From positions 150,548 to 214,547 of the forward strand of contig CASEOS010000001.1 in NCBI GenBank assembly GCA_949289635.1: a DNA stretch of 64,000 nucleotides, in the 5' to 3' direction. The notes under the pieces are model-generated. The model searched no databases. It was not told where the DNA came from and worked only from the letters and a program-made list of their open reading frames with translations. The position numbers were made by a program, and so were the translations under genes. Positions 41,697 to 52,300 of this stretch are shown one piece after another (within the stretch, counting starts at the first letter, position 1; each line of letters begins with the position of its first letter). Source of the DNA: an uncultured Eubacteriales bacterium. GTDB taxonomy: Bacteria > Bacillota > Clostridia > TANB77 > CAG-508.

Positions 41697-41723
41697 TTAG
41701 CACTTGTCAATACATTTTGCTAA
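41697..41723 (-). promoter_or_regulatory. Second CIRCE-like operator (degenerate)
   Basis: TTAGCACTT-N9-TTTTGCTAA, 50 nt from the first. Confidence 0.55.
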
Positions 41724-41818
41724 AATATTTTGTGAATTTTGTGTGAACAAAAAAACAAAATGAATTTTACGAAATACATTCATTTTGTTTTTATTTCTAT
41801 TTTATATAAAGAGTCAGT

Positions 41819-43174
41819 CTAGATCCGCATTGTTGGTTTATATCTACTTCCATTATAGTCAACATAACTTGCTGAATTTATATCCTGCCAGCTACCTCCA
41901 CGATAAATTCTACTACTAGTAGCATAAGCTCCTAATGTCCATTCACTCACATTTCCTCCTAAATCTCTAATCTGATTAATATTATCATTAGCATATGTTT
42001 CATTTCCAGTAGTTGTATAGCTTCCATTACCATTGTTTCCAATTCCTATGGCAGTTATTTTTTCTTTATCTGTACTTTCACTATTTTTTACCCAGTTTAA
42101 CATTGCATCATATTGACTTAACCAAATCATACTACTTCCTACAGAATTATTTTTCCCTGTATATTCTTTATGTTTAGCATATAATCCATACCACATACTT
42201 GTTGTATCATTTCTAGCTGTCACTGGCTTTACATTTGCTTTAGATTGTATGGTTCCTCCACTTCCTTCATCATCTTCTGTAGCAGTTGATAAACTGGATT
42301 CATATCTTCCTATATAAAACCCATCATACCTAGCAACACTATTTATCATTGATTTATACTCTTGTTTTAATCCTTCTAAAGTCATTCCAACAGTATTATA
42401 GTCCTGTGTATTATTATCATATGAAGTTACAATTGCTGGCTCTCTTATTCCTGAATTTTCATTATACACATTGTTTACTGTTCCAAAATTTTCTCCAATA
42501 CTACTTTCATAAACCTTTCCTACTATTTCATCTGCTGTATTACTATGTTCTGGATTTGTACATTTAACTTCTCCATCTATCAATTCCAAATTACAATTTC
42601 CCCCTGCAGTTCTACATTGTGCCATACTATTTATATCATTTACTGGAACCCATACAAACTCACTTTCATCTGGTCCTTTAACAACTAATCCCGTATCTAT
42701 AACATTTAATTCATTATCTACAATAAATCCTTCTGGTATTGTAGCTGTATCATTATTTATATCTTTATAATTATCTTTAAATGTCTTATCAACTTCAACA
42801 CCAACCACTACATTTTCTTTTATTGCTACATTTCCATCAAAATCCACTAAAATTTCATAGCCATCCATGTTTACAGTTATTGTTTCTTCATCTTCTGCTA
42901 TTATACTTCCTCCCAAATTTTCTATTTCTGACTTAAAATTTTCTGTATTAAATTTTCCTGTATTATCATAACTTCCTACAAATGCTATACTGACTTTTTC
43001 TTCAGCACTTGATTCTGTCGTTGCTTCACTTGCCTGACTTGCTCTTGTTAGGATTCCATTTTCTCCTGTCAACGTGGCAATTGTAACTCCTGCCAAAATT
43101 AATAAAACAATGATTGTAATTACTAATGCAATCAAGGTAATACCTTTTTGTTTTTTTATTTTTTCTTTTATCAT
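41819..43174 (-). CDS. Prepilin-signal protein with a C-terminal FGE-sulfatase (SUMF1/C-type-lectin-like) domain
   Basis: MIKEKIKKQKG/ITLIALVITIIVLLILAGVTIATLTGENGILTRA prepilin-type N-terminus. The C-terminus has RDLGGNVSEWTL...RIYRGGSW, typical of the FGE-sulfatase fold. Confidence 0.7.
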   Translation of the reverse strand: MIKEKIKKQKGITLIALVITIIVLLILAGVTIATLTGENGILTRASQASEATTESSAEEKVSIAFVGSYDNTGKFNTENFKSEIENLGGSIIAEDEETITVNMDGYEILVDFDGNVAIKENVVVGVEVDKTFKDNYKDINNDTATIPEGFIVDNELNVIDTGLVVKGPDESEFVWVPVNDINSMAQCRTAGGNCNLELIDGEVKCTNPEHSNTADEIVGKVYESSIGENFGTVNNVYNENSGIREPAIVTSYDNNTQDYNTVGMTLEGLKQEYKSMINSVARYDGFYIGRYESSLSTATEDDEGSGGTIQSKANVKPVTARNDTTSMWYGLYAKHKEYTGKNNSVGSSMIWLSQYDAMLNWVKNSESTDKEKITAIGIGNNGNGSYTTTGNETYANDNINQIRDLGGNVSEWTLGAYATSSRIYRGGSWQDINSASYVDYNGSRYKPTMRI

Positions 43175-43215
43175 GCTTTTGTTTCCTCCTTATATTCTTT
43201 TGTGCTTTCTTAAAT

Positions 43216-43400
43216 TTAGTTACTCTAAGAAATTTCTCAATTAAATTTTATCAATAAAATAGTACAAAGTCAATTAAAACTGTAAAAAATGTATGAAACT
43301 AATATATATTTTCTTGTAAATACAAAATAATGAAACTTATTGATATTAGCAATGAAAACGAATACTTTATATTCTTAGAGTAACTAACTCTAAGAAATTT
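43216..43400. repeat. 16-bp perfect inverted repeats flanking a 140-bp promoter-bearing segment (candidate inverton); the right copy is also a hairpin
   Basis: TTAGTTACTCTAAGAA (43216-43231) pairs with TTCTTAGAGTAACTAA (43372-43387). The right end also folds as TTCTTAGAG-TAACTAA-CTCTAAGAA followed by ATTTTT. Confidence 0.6.
43245..43273 (-). promoter_or_regulatory. Predicted sigma-A promoter facing the pilin-FGE gene
   Basis: Minus strand TTGACT - 17 nt - TAAAAT, lying entirely between the inverted repeats. Confidence 0.35.
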
Positions 43401-43420
43401 TTAGTTTTGAATATTAATTT

Positions 43421-44266
43421 TTAAATCACCATCATATATATAATTATCCCAATAGCTTGTATAATAAACAAATTTAACATATTTGATGCTAATAAATTAT
43501 TCGTTGTTTCTATAACACCTAACAAATTTTTATCTTCTTCCTTTTTATAATGATTTTGTGCCTCAAAAAATGTAACCAATTCAGGAATACTAGTTATCAT
43601 TCCTAATAAAACACCTAAAATCCATTCTGCAATCCCAAAAATTTCTGATAGATTTTTTAATACATTTCCTAATGCATTCCCTATAAAATATAATAAGATA
43701 CCTGCTATTAAAATATATCCCACATATATAAACGATTGTTTATTGTTATATCTTTCTTTTACTTCTTGTTTTTTCTCTCTTTCTTCGCTTTTTATATCTT
43801 CATTGCTTAAGTATCTTTCATGTACTTTTTTAGAAATCCAGTTAAAAACAAAATACATAACAATTAATGTAAAAGCTATCATCCTATTTAATATATTTTC
43901 TAATTTTAATAAAATCATCGGAAAGATAATGGTTATCATCACCAATATATTCTGAATGATAATTCCTTTATTTTTAATCACTTTATAATTTTTATTGATG
44001 ATTAAAGATACAGTATATTGAATAAAATTAATGACATTAGAACTGATAATATTATATAAACTGGTTCCTATTAATCCTTTAAAACTTGATACAGTTACAG
44101 TCAATAATTCAGGAATTGAAGTAGCAAATCCCGCAATATTTCCTATCGTTCTGGGGTTTAATTTTAAATTTTCTGCTAACTTTCTTAAAGCTTTTACCAA
44201 TATATATTTCGAAATCATAACAATCCATATTGCATATATAAAAAATTTTATTATTTCCATAGGCAA
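43421..44266 (-). CDS. Ca2+/Na+ antiporter family (CaCA, YrbG-like) membrane protein
   Basis: Two alpha-repeat motifs, GFATSIPELLTVTVSS and GMITSIPELVTFFEA. Confidence 0.8.
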   Translation of the reverse strand: MPMEIIKFFIYAIWIVMISKYILVKALRKLAENLKLNPRTIGNIAGFATSIPELLTVTVSSFKGLIGTSLYNIISSNVINFIQYTVSLIINKNYKVIKNKGIIIQNILVMITIIFPMILLKLENILNRMIAFTLIVMYFVFNWISKKVHERYLSNEDIKSEEREKKQEVKERYNNKQSFIYVGYILIAGILLYFIGNALGNVLKNLSEIFGIAEWILGVLLGMITSIPELVTFFEAQNHYKKEEDKNLLGVIETTNNLLASNMLNLFIIQAIGIIIYMMVI

Positions 44267-44347
44267 TTTTTATTTTTTCCTTTCTTTTAAATTATAAAAT
44301 ATATCCTCAACTTTTCTCATTTATATTGGTTATTTTGCCCAATTTTA

Positions 44348-44376
44348 TTGCCATTTATCAAAAAATATTATATAAT
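44348..44376 (+). promoter_or_regulatory. Predicted sigma-A promoter of the plus-strand block
   Basis: TTGCCA - 17 nt - TATAAT, 30 nt upstream of the DUF1653 gene start. Confidence 0.4.
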
Positions 44377-44405
44377 GGCTTCGTATTGTAAAGGAGCGTG
44401 TGTAT

Positions 44406-44669
44406 ATGGAAGAAGTAAAAATTGGACGAGTATATCGCCACTTTAAAGGAAATTATTATTTTGTTGAAAATGTGGCCTATAACTCGGAAACAAAAGAAAG
44501 AATGGTGGTATATAAACCTTTATATCCTAGAGATGATGGATACTCCATATGGGTTAGACCTGAGAAAATGTTTTTAGAAAAAATTCCAGAAAGACCAGAC
44601 AATATTACTGGTCAAAAAACACGATTTGCATTAGTAACAGATTTAGAAATAGATTATACAAAAAAATAA
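44406..44669 (+). CDS. DUF1653 domain protein
   Basis: GRVYRHFKGNYYFVENVAYNSETKERMVVYKPLY...WVRPEKMFLE. ATG 9 nt after AAAGGAG. Confidence 0.7.
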   Translation: MEEVKIGRVYRHFKGNYYFVENVAYNSETKERMVVYKPLYPRDDGYSIWVRPEKMFLEKIPERPDNITGQKTRFALVTDLEIDYTKK

Positions 44670-44670
44670 A

Positions 44671-44711
44671 ATGTCCAAAAGGAAACGTCCCAAATTGTCC
44701 CAAATGGACAT
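44671..44711. repeat. REP-like element, class 1 variant with terminal hairpin potential
   Basis: ATGTCCAAAAGGAAACGTCCCAAATTGTCCCAAATGGACAT. The ends ATGTCCA/TGGACAT are complementary. Confidence 0.75.
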
Positions 44712-44729
44712 TATAAAAGGAGGATTTTT

Positions 44730-46019
44730 ATGATAGATATTAAATTTTTAAGAGAACATTCTGATGTTGTAAAAGATAATATTAAGAAAAAATTTCAAGA
44801 CCATAAATTGGTTATGGTTGATGAAGTAATTGATTTAGATAAAAAAAATAGAGAAGCGCAACTTACTGGTGATAATTTAAGAGCGGAAAGAAAAAGTTTA
44901 AGTTCTCAAATTGGAGAATTGATGAAAGTCGGTAAAAAGGAAGAAGCTGAAAATATTAAAGCACAAGTTCAAGAAATCAATGCAAAACTTGAAGAGAATG
45001 AAAAACTAGAGAATGAATATGCTGAAGAAATTAAAATAAGAATGATGAAAATACCAAACATTATGCATGATTCTGTTCCTATTGGAAAAGATGATTCTGA
45101 AAATGTGGAAGTTGAAAAATTCGGAGAACCTATTGTTCCTGATTATGAAATCCCTTTTCATGGAGAAATATTAGAAAACTTAGGTGGTTTAGATTTAGAT
45201 AGTGCTAGACGTGTTTCTGGTAATGGATTTTATTATTTAATGGGTGATGTTGCCAGACTTCATTCTGCTGTTTTAACTTATGCTAGAGATTTTATGATTA
45301 ATAAAGGATTTACCTATTGCATCCCACCTTTTATGATTAGAAGTGATGTCGTAACTGGTGTTATGAGTTTTGAGGAAATGGATGCTATGATGTATAAAAT
45401 TGAAGGAGAAGACTTATATCTAATTGGTACTTCTGAACATTCTATGATTGGTAAGTTTAAAGATCAAATTTTGAAAAAAGAAGATATGCCATATACCATG
45501 ACTTCATACTCTCCTTGTTTCAGAAAGGAAAAAGGTGCTCATGGAATTGAAGAACGTGGTGTATATAGAATTCACCAATTCGAAAAACAAGAAATGATTG
45601 TTGTTTGTGAGCCTGAAGATAGTTGGAATTGGTATGAAAAAATGTGGTCATATACTGTTGAATTTTTTAGAAGTATGAATATTCCAGTAAGAACTTTGGA
45701 ATGTTGTAGTGGAGATTTAGCAGATTTAAAAGCAAAATCTTGTGATGTGGAAGCTTGGTCTCCTAGACAACAAAAATATTTTGAAGTGGGTAGTTGTTCA
45801 AATTTAACAGATGCACAAGCAAGACGTTTAGGTATTCGTATTAAAGGTGAAAAAGGAAACTATTTTGCACATACTTTAAATAATACGGTTGTTGCTCCAC
45901 CTCGTATGTTAATTGCTATTATGGAAAATAACTATCAACCAGATGGTAGTGTGATTGTTCCTGAAGTATTAAGACCATATATGGGTGGACTTGAAAAAAT
46001 TGAACCTAAGAAAAAATAG
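44730..46019 (+). CDS. serS: Serine--tRNA ligase
   Basis: MIDIKFLREHSDVVKDNIKKKF coiled-coil arm plus a class II core (FRKEKGAHG, RIHQFEKQE, TLNNTVVAPPR). Confidence 0.93.
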   Translation: MIDIKFLREHSDVVKDNIKKKFQDHKLVMVDEVIDLDKKNREAQLTGDNLRAERKSLSSQIGELMKVGKKEEAENIKAQVQEINAKLEENEKLENEYAEEIKIRMMKIPNIMHDSVPIGKDDSENVEVEKFGEPIVPDYEIPFHGEILENLGGLDLDSARRVSGNGFYYLMGDVARLHSAVLTYARDFMINKGFTYCIPPFMIRSDVVTGVMSFEEMDAMMYKIEGEDLYLIGTSEHSMIGKFKDQILKKEDMPYTMTSYSPCFRKEKGAHGIEERGVYRIHQFEKQEMIVVCEPEDSWNWYEKMWSYTVEFFRSMNIPVRTLECCSGDLADLKAKSCDVEAWSPRQQKYFEVGSCSNLTDAQARRLGIRIKGEKGNYFAHTLNNTVVAPPRMLIAIMENNYQPDGSVIVPEVLRPYMGGLEKIEPKKK

Positions 46020-46158
46020 CTTCTATTGAATAAATATTATTTAAAGAAAGCTTTTATATTTATTTATATTTTATGTTTTATGTTTTTAATTTTATAATAT
46101 ATATTATTTTATATACTATAAAAAATTTATATAAATGTTCTAAAAGGAGAAGAAAAAA

Positions 46159-47511
46159 ATGAATAAAAATGTAACAATGATTGTTGGTGTTAAATGGGGA
46201 GACGAAGGAAAAGGAAAAATTGCTGCCATAGAAGCACAAAATGCAAAATTAGTTATTAGAGCAACTGGTGGAAGTAATGCTGGACATACTGTCATTTATA
46301 AAGGACAAAAATTACCATTACATTTAGTTCCTGGAGGAATTGCTTATCCTCAAACAACTTGTATTATTGGACCTGGAGTTGTTCTAGATTTAGAAGTATT
46401 ATTTGAAGAACTTGCATTTTTAAAGAAATGTGGTATTCCAGATATTGAATCAAGATTAAAAATTAGTGGACGTACACATGTCACACTTCCTTATCATAAA
46501 GATTTAGATGGTTTATATGAAGCTTTAAAAAATAAACCTGTTGGAACAACCAAAAGAGGAATTGGTCCAACTTATGCAGATAAAAGTAATCGTATTGGTA
46601 TTAGAATGTATGACTTACTTCTTCCAGAAGATGAATTAACTCATAAAATTGAAGAAGCTACTAAAGTACATAATCAAGTTTTTAAAGCAAACCATATGGA
46701 AGAATGTATTGTAGATAGCAAAAAATTAGGAAAACAATATCATGAGTATGGAGAAAAATTAAAAAATTATATTACAGATATTGAACCTCTTATCTTCAAT
46801 AGTATTAAACATAATGAAAAAATCGTTGTAGAAGGTGCACAAGCTTTCCGTTTAGACTTAGATCACGGAGATTACCCAATGGTTACCAGCTCACACCCTG
46901 TTGTTTCAGGTACACTTTGTGGAGCAGCTTTACCTGCACAAGCTTTAAATGTTGTGATTGGTGTTGATAAAGCATACAATAGTAGAGTTGGTAATGGTCC
47001 ATTCCCTACTGAATTACCAGCTTCCATTGATGAAAATGGAAATGTTATCAAAGATGCCACACCTTTAGAAGGTGATGTTGTTCGTGATACAGGACATGAA
47101 TATGGTACAACAACAGGTCGTCCTCGTAGATGTGGTTGGATGGATTGTCCTATCCTTTGTTCTGCTAAATTCACTTCTGGTATTGACTACTTATGTTTAA
47201 ATCATTTAGATACTTTAGGAGAAATTGGTAAAAAATTAGGATATGTTAAAGTTTGTACAAGTTATATGTATAAAGGTGAAAAAATCCATCATTATCCTGA
47301 TGATATCATGGTAACAGGTGAAATTCCTGAACCTATTTATGAAACTTTAGAAGGTGGTTGGACAATTGATTCATCTTGTAAAAAATATGAAGACCTTCCA
47401 GAGCTTGCAAGAAAATTTGTTGAAATTGTAGAAAAGGCTTCTGGTATTCCTGTTAAATATATAGGAACTGGTCCAGCTAGTGATGATTTAATTGTAAGAG
47501 AAGATATTTAG
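46159..47511 (+). CDS. purA: Adenylosuccinate synthase
   Basis: [35 protein letters not shown] and [12 protein letters not shown]. Confidence 0.95.
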   Translation: MNKNVTMIVGVKWGDEGKGKIAAIEAQNAKLVIRATGGSNAGHTVIYKGQKLPLHLVPGGIAYPQTTCIIGPGVVLDLEVLFEELAFLKKCGIPDIESRLKISGRTHVTLPYHKDLDGLYEALKNKPVGTTKRGIGPTYADKSNRIGIRMYDLLLPEDELTHKIEEATKVHNQVFKANHMEECIVDSKKLGKQYHEYGEKLKNYITDIEPLIFNSIKHNEKIVVEGAQAFRLDLDHGDYPMVTSSHPVVSGTLCGAALPAQALNVVIGVDKAYNSRVGNGPFPTELPASIDENGNVIKDATPLEGDVVRDTGHEYGTTTGRPRRCGWMDCPILCSAKFTSGIDYLCLNHLDTLGEIGKKLGYVKVCTSYMYKGEKIHHYPDDIMVTGEIPEPIYETLEGGWTIDSSCKKYEDLPELARKFVEIVEKASGIPVKYIGTGPASDDLIVREDI

Positions 47512-47524
47512 GAGATTTTTAATT

Positions 47525-48116
47525 ATGAATATACACAATCCTCAATTTGAAATATCAGCAGTTGGTCCAAAACAATATCCTAATAACCACTTGCCTGAAA
47601 TCGTTTTGGTTGGAAAATCTAATGTTGGAAAATCTAGTTTTATCAATACCATGATTAATAGAAAAAAATTAGCCAGAACCAGTAGTGAACCTCGGAAAAA
47701 CTCGTCAAATCAATTTTTACAATATGGATGATATTTTTTATTTTGTAGATTTACCTGGTTATGGATATAGTAAAATGTCAAAAAAAGAACAAGAACAAGT
47801 AGGAAAGTTTATAGAACAATATTTATTTCATAGAAAAGAAATTACGCTAATTGTCTTTTTAATTGATATTAGACATTCTCCTACTAGTAATGACAAACTT
47901 ATGTATAACTATATTATTTCTTCTGGATTACCTTGTTTAATTCTTGCCAATAAAGCGGATAAAATTGCAGTTACCAAGGTAGATGATACCGTAAAATTAC
48001 TACAAAAAGAATTAAATCCAATTGGTGATATTCCTACCCTACCTTTTTCTTCTGAAAGAAAAATTTACACAGAAAAAGTTTGGAATTTTATTGATCAATT
48101 TCTATTAAACGAATAA
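47525..48116 (+). pseudogene. engB: Ribosome-biogenesis GTPase EngB/YsxC, interrupted by a 1-nt frameshift
   Basis: Frame 1 gives ...[29 protein letters not shown], then nonsense. Frame 2 resumes [30 protein letters not shown]...LANKADK. The junction GAA CCT C GGA AAA ACT (47687-47699) has one extra C. Confidence 0.8.
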
Positions 48117-48148
48117 TTGTTAATATACAGAATTCTATATATGTTAAA

Positions 48149-48201
48149 ATGAGAAAATAGGCACCTCTCAAAACAAGTTTGAGATTCTCCTACTTTCTCA
48201 T
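48149..48201. terminator. Bidirectional nested hairpin between convergent engB and the SipW-like gene
   Basis: Outer stem ATGAGAAAATAGG/CCTACTTTCTCAT (one mismatch) encloses inner stem TCTCAAA/TTTGAGA. Confidence 0.5.
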
Positions 48202-48828
48202 TTAATTATTCTTCATCTTATGATATCGTTGTACTTTTCTTCTCATCTTATTTTTATAGACCTTTTGATTATAAAGAAATTTTATAACAAGAAAAATACA
48301 TATACATATAGTCGTTATTTTAGACTGCAAAATTTTAAGCAAAATACCTAAAACAGGCGTATGATTTATTACCTTACCAATTATTTCATTTTTTGATATA
48401 GTTTCTGAATCTATATAATAATTACTGTTTGATTTCGTATGATATACAATTTTTCCATCTATACTTTCTATCTTTACCACTTTATTGATTCTTACTTTCC
48501 CATTTACAATATATGCAATATTATCCTTTACTTCTACCGCATTATTTTGATATGCCTTTGCTATGATAAGAGAATTTTTTGAGATTTCTGGTTTCATTAA
48601 ATTTGTTTCCATTGAAAATAAACTAATCCCAAATAAATTAAAATACTCTTTCTCCTTTATTGTCATATTGACTAAGAAAAGTAAATTTAATAAAATACAG
48701 CATTCTAAAAATATATATCCTATTTTAAAAATTATTTTTTTACTTTTAACTTTTTTAAAAAAATTAATCCTGTTTTCTTTTTTCTTGTTCAATTTTTCTT
48801 TTTTCTCTCCTGTTTTCCAGTTTTTCAT
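48202..48828 (-). CDS. SipW-like signal peptidase paralog, degenerate (probably non-catalytic)
   Basis: Colinear with the 48764 and 63160 SipW proteins. The His box VTHR(I/V) reads RINKV and the TKGDNN box reads TKSNSN. The Ser box is disrupted (FSMETNLMKPEIS). Confidence 0.6.
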   Translation of the reverse strand: MKNWKTGEKKEKLNKKKENRINFFKKVKSKKIIFKIGYIFLECCILLNLLFLVNMTIKEKEYFNLFGISLFSMETNLMKPEISKNSLIIAKAYQNNAVEVKDNIAYIVNGKVRINKVVKIESIDGKIVYHTKSNSNYYIDSETISKNEIIGKVINHTPVLGILLKILQSKITTICICIFLVIKFLYNQKVYKNKMRRKVQRYHKMKNN

Positions 48829-49351
48829 CTTTTCTAATTTTAAAGAATAATGTAATTAGCAAAATTAAAATTATAAATAGAAATACAATCTGATTTTCTA
48901 GTGCATATATAAAATATCCTAGTTTTGGTATCGTTAAGACATTTTGCCCTTCAATTTCGCTATATTCTATTTTTTCATTATCTTCTAAATTATTGTTATC
49001 TCCTTTTGTTGTATATTGCTTTTTTTCATCTTGTTCATCTATATGAGTAATTCGGTGTGTAATAACCTTATCTTGTTGTTTAAAGGTTATTACATCACCT
49101 GCTTGTAATTTTTCTTCCTGCACCTTTTTTACAATTATCACATCTCCTGTATTTATAGATGGTGACATACTGTCTGTCGTTATCCTATATGCCTTATATC
49201 CAAACAAGCTAATATCTTCTATTTTATTGATGCAAGAAATAAAGACTAATATAATATTATATAATAAAATAATGATAATTATATCGATTATTCTTTTCGT
49301 GATTTTTGCATTTTTCTTTCGTTTATTTATGGTTTCAATATCGTATTTCAT
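48764..49351 (-). CDS. sipW: Signal peptidase I, SipW (ER/archaeal, S26B) type
   Basis: N-terminal TM, ITTDSMSPSINTGDVIIV (Ser box), VITHRITHI (His box), TTKGDNNNLEDN and a C-terminal TM. Confidence 0.8.
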   Translation of the reverse strand: MKYDIETINKRKKNAKITKRIIDIIIIILLYNIILVFISCINKIEDISLFGYKAYRITTDSMSPSINTGDVIIVKKVQEEKLQAGDVITFKQQDKVITHRITHIDEQDEKKQYTTKGDNNNLEDNEKIEYSEIEGQNVLTIPKLGYFIYALENQIVFLFIILILLITLFFKIRKDEKLENRREKRKIEQEKRKQD

Positions 49352-49363
49352 CTTTCATTTTCC

Positions 49364-52300
49364 TTATTTTATAACTATATATTCATATGCTTCTCCAACA
49401 TAGTTTTCTCCATCATATAACTTATATACCAATTTATAAGTTCCTGTCATTAAGTCTGTTTTTAATCTTAAATTATACTCTTGTGTTTCAATTGGATTTT
49501 CAAATGCTATATATTCTTTATCTATATTTTCTCCCTTATCTGCTTTTTCTAATTGATATAACACATAATCTTGTAAATCAACTTTTTCATATTCCATATC
49601 ATATATATCATTATATGTTCTTCTATATAGTGAAACTGTTATATTTGGATTATCTAATGCTGATGAGTATTCTACCGTACTGACTAGTGAATTTGTTCCA
49701 TCCACTGTATTTCCTGTTTCTTTATCTACTATTTTTGCAGTATCATTTGTGATTACTTTTAATCCATATGCTGAATTAATAATTGTTGCATTTAATTCTA
49801 TTTTATCTGATGCTGTAAGTCCATAATAGATTCCATCTGATGAACCAAATGATTCTATCACTATTTTATAATTTCCTGTTGCCCAAGTTGTATTATCTTG
49901 CGTATTTATTTTTATCCTTGCTAATACATCTGTTACTTTATCTGCTATACTAATTCTTGTAGTTCCATCAACTCTTGGATAATATTTTTGTCCATCTAAT
50001 TCAAAATTGACACCAAGTAAACTATCAATACCTAATCTGTTTCCATCAATATCATAAATAGATATTTTAATTCCTAATTTTTTATCAAAGTATTGTGTGT
50101 CATAAACTGTCTTTGAATCTACAATCGTTTGTGTAAATGTTGTTTCTACATTTAAATTTGCTTGATTTCCTAAATAAATGGTTGTAGGTTCAATACTTCC
50201 ATTTAATTTAATTTCTGCATCTTGATTACAATAAACCGAATATTTTAAAACATCTCTTTGAATACCAATAACCCCAACTAATGTTTGATTATTATCATTT
50301 CTTAATTCCATTAGTAATGAATTATTTGTTATATTCTCTTGCATATTTGTATCTGCAAAACTTACATGGAAAATAAAATTTTCATAAAATGTATTCTGGT
50401 CTTGTAAATAATAATTCTTACTTTCTTCTTGTTCATTGTATTTTCCATTTTCACTACCCATTACTATAAAATCTTCTAAATAATATACATATTTATTTTG
50501 TGCTACATCATCAGCTGTTACTATATAATAATAATATTTATTTGTTACCATATCCAACATAGTAAGTTTTGTATTTTCAGGAAAACAATAAGGTGCTCCA
50601 TTTGAATCTGTTGATATTAATGCTCTTCTATAACTAAAGAATTCATCATAATAATTATAGTCTTCTTTATCTTCTTCATCTATTTGATCTATAGAAAATG
50701 TATGTGAGAAATATGCTGAAAAATCACTTTTACTTGTTATTGTAGTATCTGTTGATGTGAACAATCCAAATTTTTGTCCTGGTGTAATGGCACCTTCATA
50801 GAAGTCATCTTGGAATAAATTACTTGATAGTGTTACAACTATATTTATCCAAGATATATCATATTTCAAATCATCTATCGGTGTTAATACTTGTAACATT
50901 ATTGATACTTCTCCTAAAGGTCTTTTTTCTGATATGTTTTGTGAGTGATATAAACAAATATTAAATGTTGGTGCATAACTTGAATTGTCTTTATTGTATT
51001 CCTTTGTTCCTGTATAGCTTCCTCCATTTTCTGTTAAAAATGTTGTTTCTCCTTTTGTTTCCCATCCAGTGTTTCCTGTTTCTATTGTTAATCCTAATAA
51101 ATTATTGGCTTTATTTTCATCTGGTTCAATTGGATTTATTTCACTTGGATTTATTAATTCTACACCATTCATAAGTCCTGGTGAAACACCTGTTACAATA
51201 TATTTTACATTAGGTGTTGAAAATCCTTGTAATAAAATTTCTTTTGTTCCAAGTGTTATATATTTTGAGGCAGATAATTCTACATTAATTGTTTCTACAT
51301 TTTTTTGTTCTCCTGCAATCCACATATAATATGTATCATTTTCTGGTGTTGGCGTAATATAATTTGATTTAATGACACCATTATCATTATAATTTGTATA
51401 AAATCCATCTACTTTTATATCATGGTTTACTAAATGCTGTCCAAGTACATAAGCATTAGATAAAAACACACCTTCATTTTCTATTGTATCTCCATTATTA
51501 TATCCATGATAATATAATCCTGTACTTGTAGCTGGACCATTTCTACTTGAAAATAGTCCAAAGAAGAACATTCCTGAAACTTCTCCATAAGTTGTTACTT
51601 GTTCATTTGTTGCTACATTCAAATTTTTTCCTTCTAACATATAAATTCTATTATCAACATTTTTTACAGTTTCTCCTGTATCTTCATTGATAGTTGCATA
51701 TCCTTTTTGCTCATTTCCGTTTTCATCATCTACAACACTAGATAATTTTGTAAGTAAGTTCGCACCATTTTGAAGATATAATACAGAATTATTTTTTAAT
51801 TTTACTTCATCTACTCTACTTATTGAGAAAAATGTAGTTGCATATTCATTTGTTCTATCTGTCGCTCCTGATAATGATATTGATGAATTTATTATTGTTG
51901 CTAAATTAGCTCTTTGAAGTGATATGTTCATTTGTGGATCATCTGGTGTTCCATAATTCTTAATTGTTATATAGCTTTTTCCACTTGTACTTGAAGCATT
52001 TCCTGAACCAAATATACTTCCTGTCGTAATAAAGTTTTCATGCTTATTTCCATCTATTAAAATATCTATTCCATCAGTTACACTTATAAATGAGAAGTCA
52101 TATTCTTCATCACCTTCTGCATTTGCTTCTCCTCCGCCAAATATTGTTCCTACAATGTTTATATCTCCTATTTCTAGTGAATTATCTCCTACTGCATCAT
52201 AACCTATTTTAGTTGAAGTCGTACCATATACAACAGAAGTATTTGCTCCTCCATATACATTTCCTCCAACAGTTCCACCAACAATTTTCACATTGCTTGA

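Noticed and set aside
41819-43174. A diversity-generating retroelement acting on the FGE-sulfatase-domain protein.
   Set aside because: No reverse transcriptase gene is present, and I found no second copy (template repeat) of the 3' end of the gene in the window. It remains only something to check genome-wide.
44267-44405. Replication origin at the minus-to-plus strand switch near 44.3 kb.
   Set aside because: No dnaA or dnaN genes and no cluster of DnaA boxes (TTATCCACA-like) are present. The plus-strand block is only about 4 kb and the strand switches back at 48.15 kb.
44670-44729. T-box or riboswitch leaders upstream of serS, lysS or purA.
   Set aside because: The leaders are too short (about 60-140 nt). 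They are occupied by a REP copy or simple terminators, and no specifier, T-box or purine-riboswitch consensus is visible.
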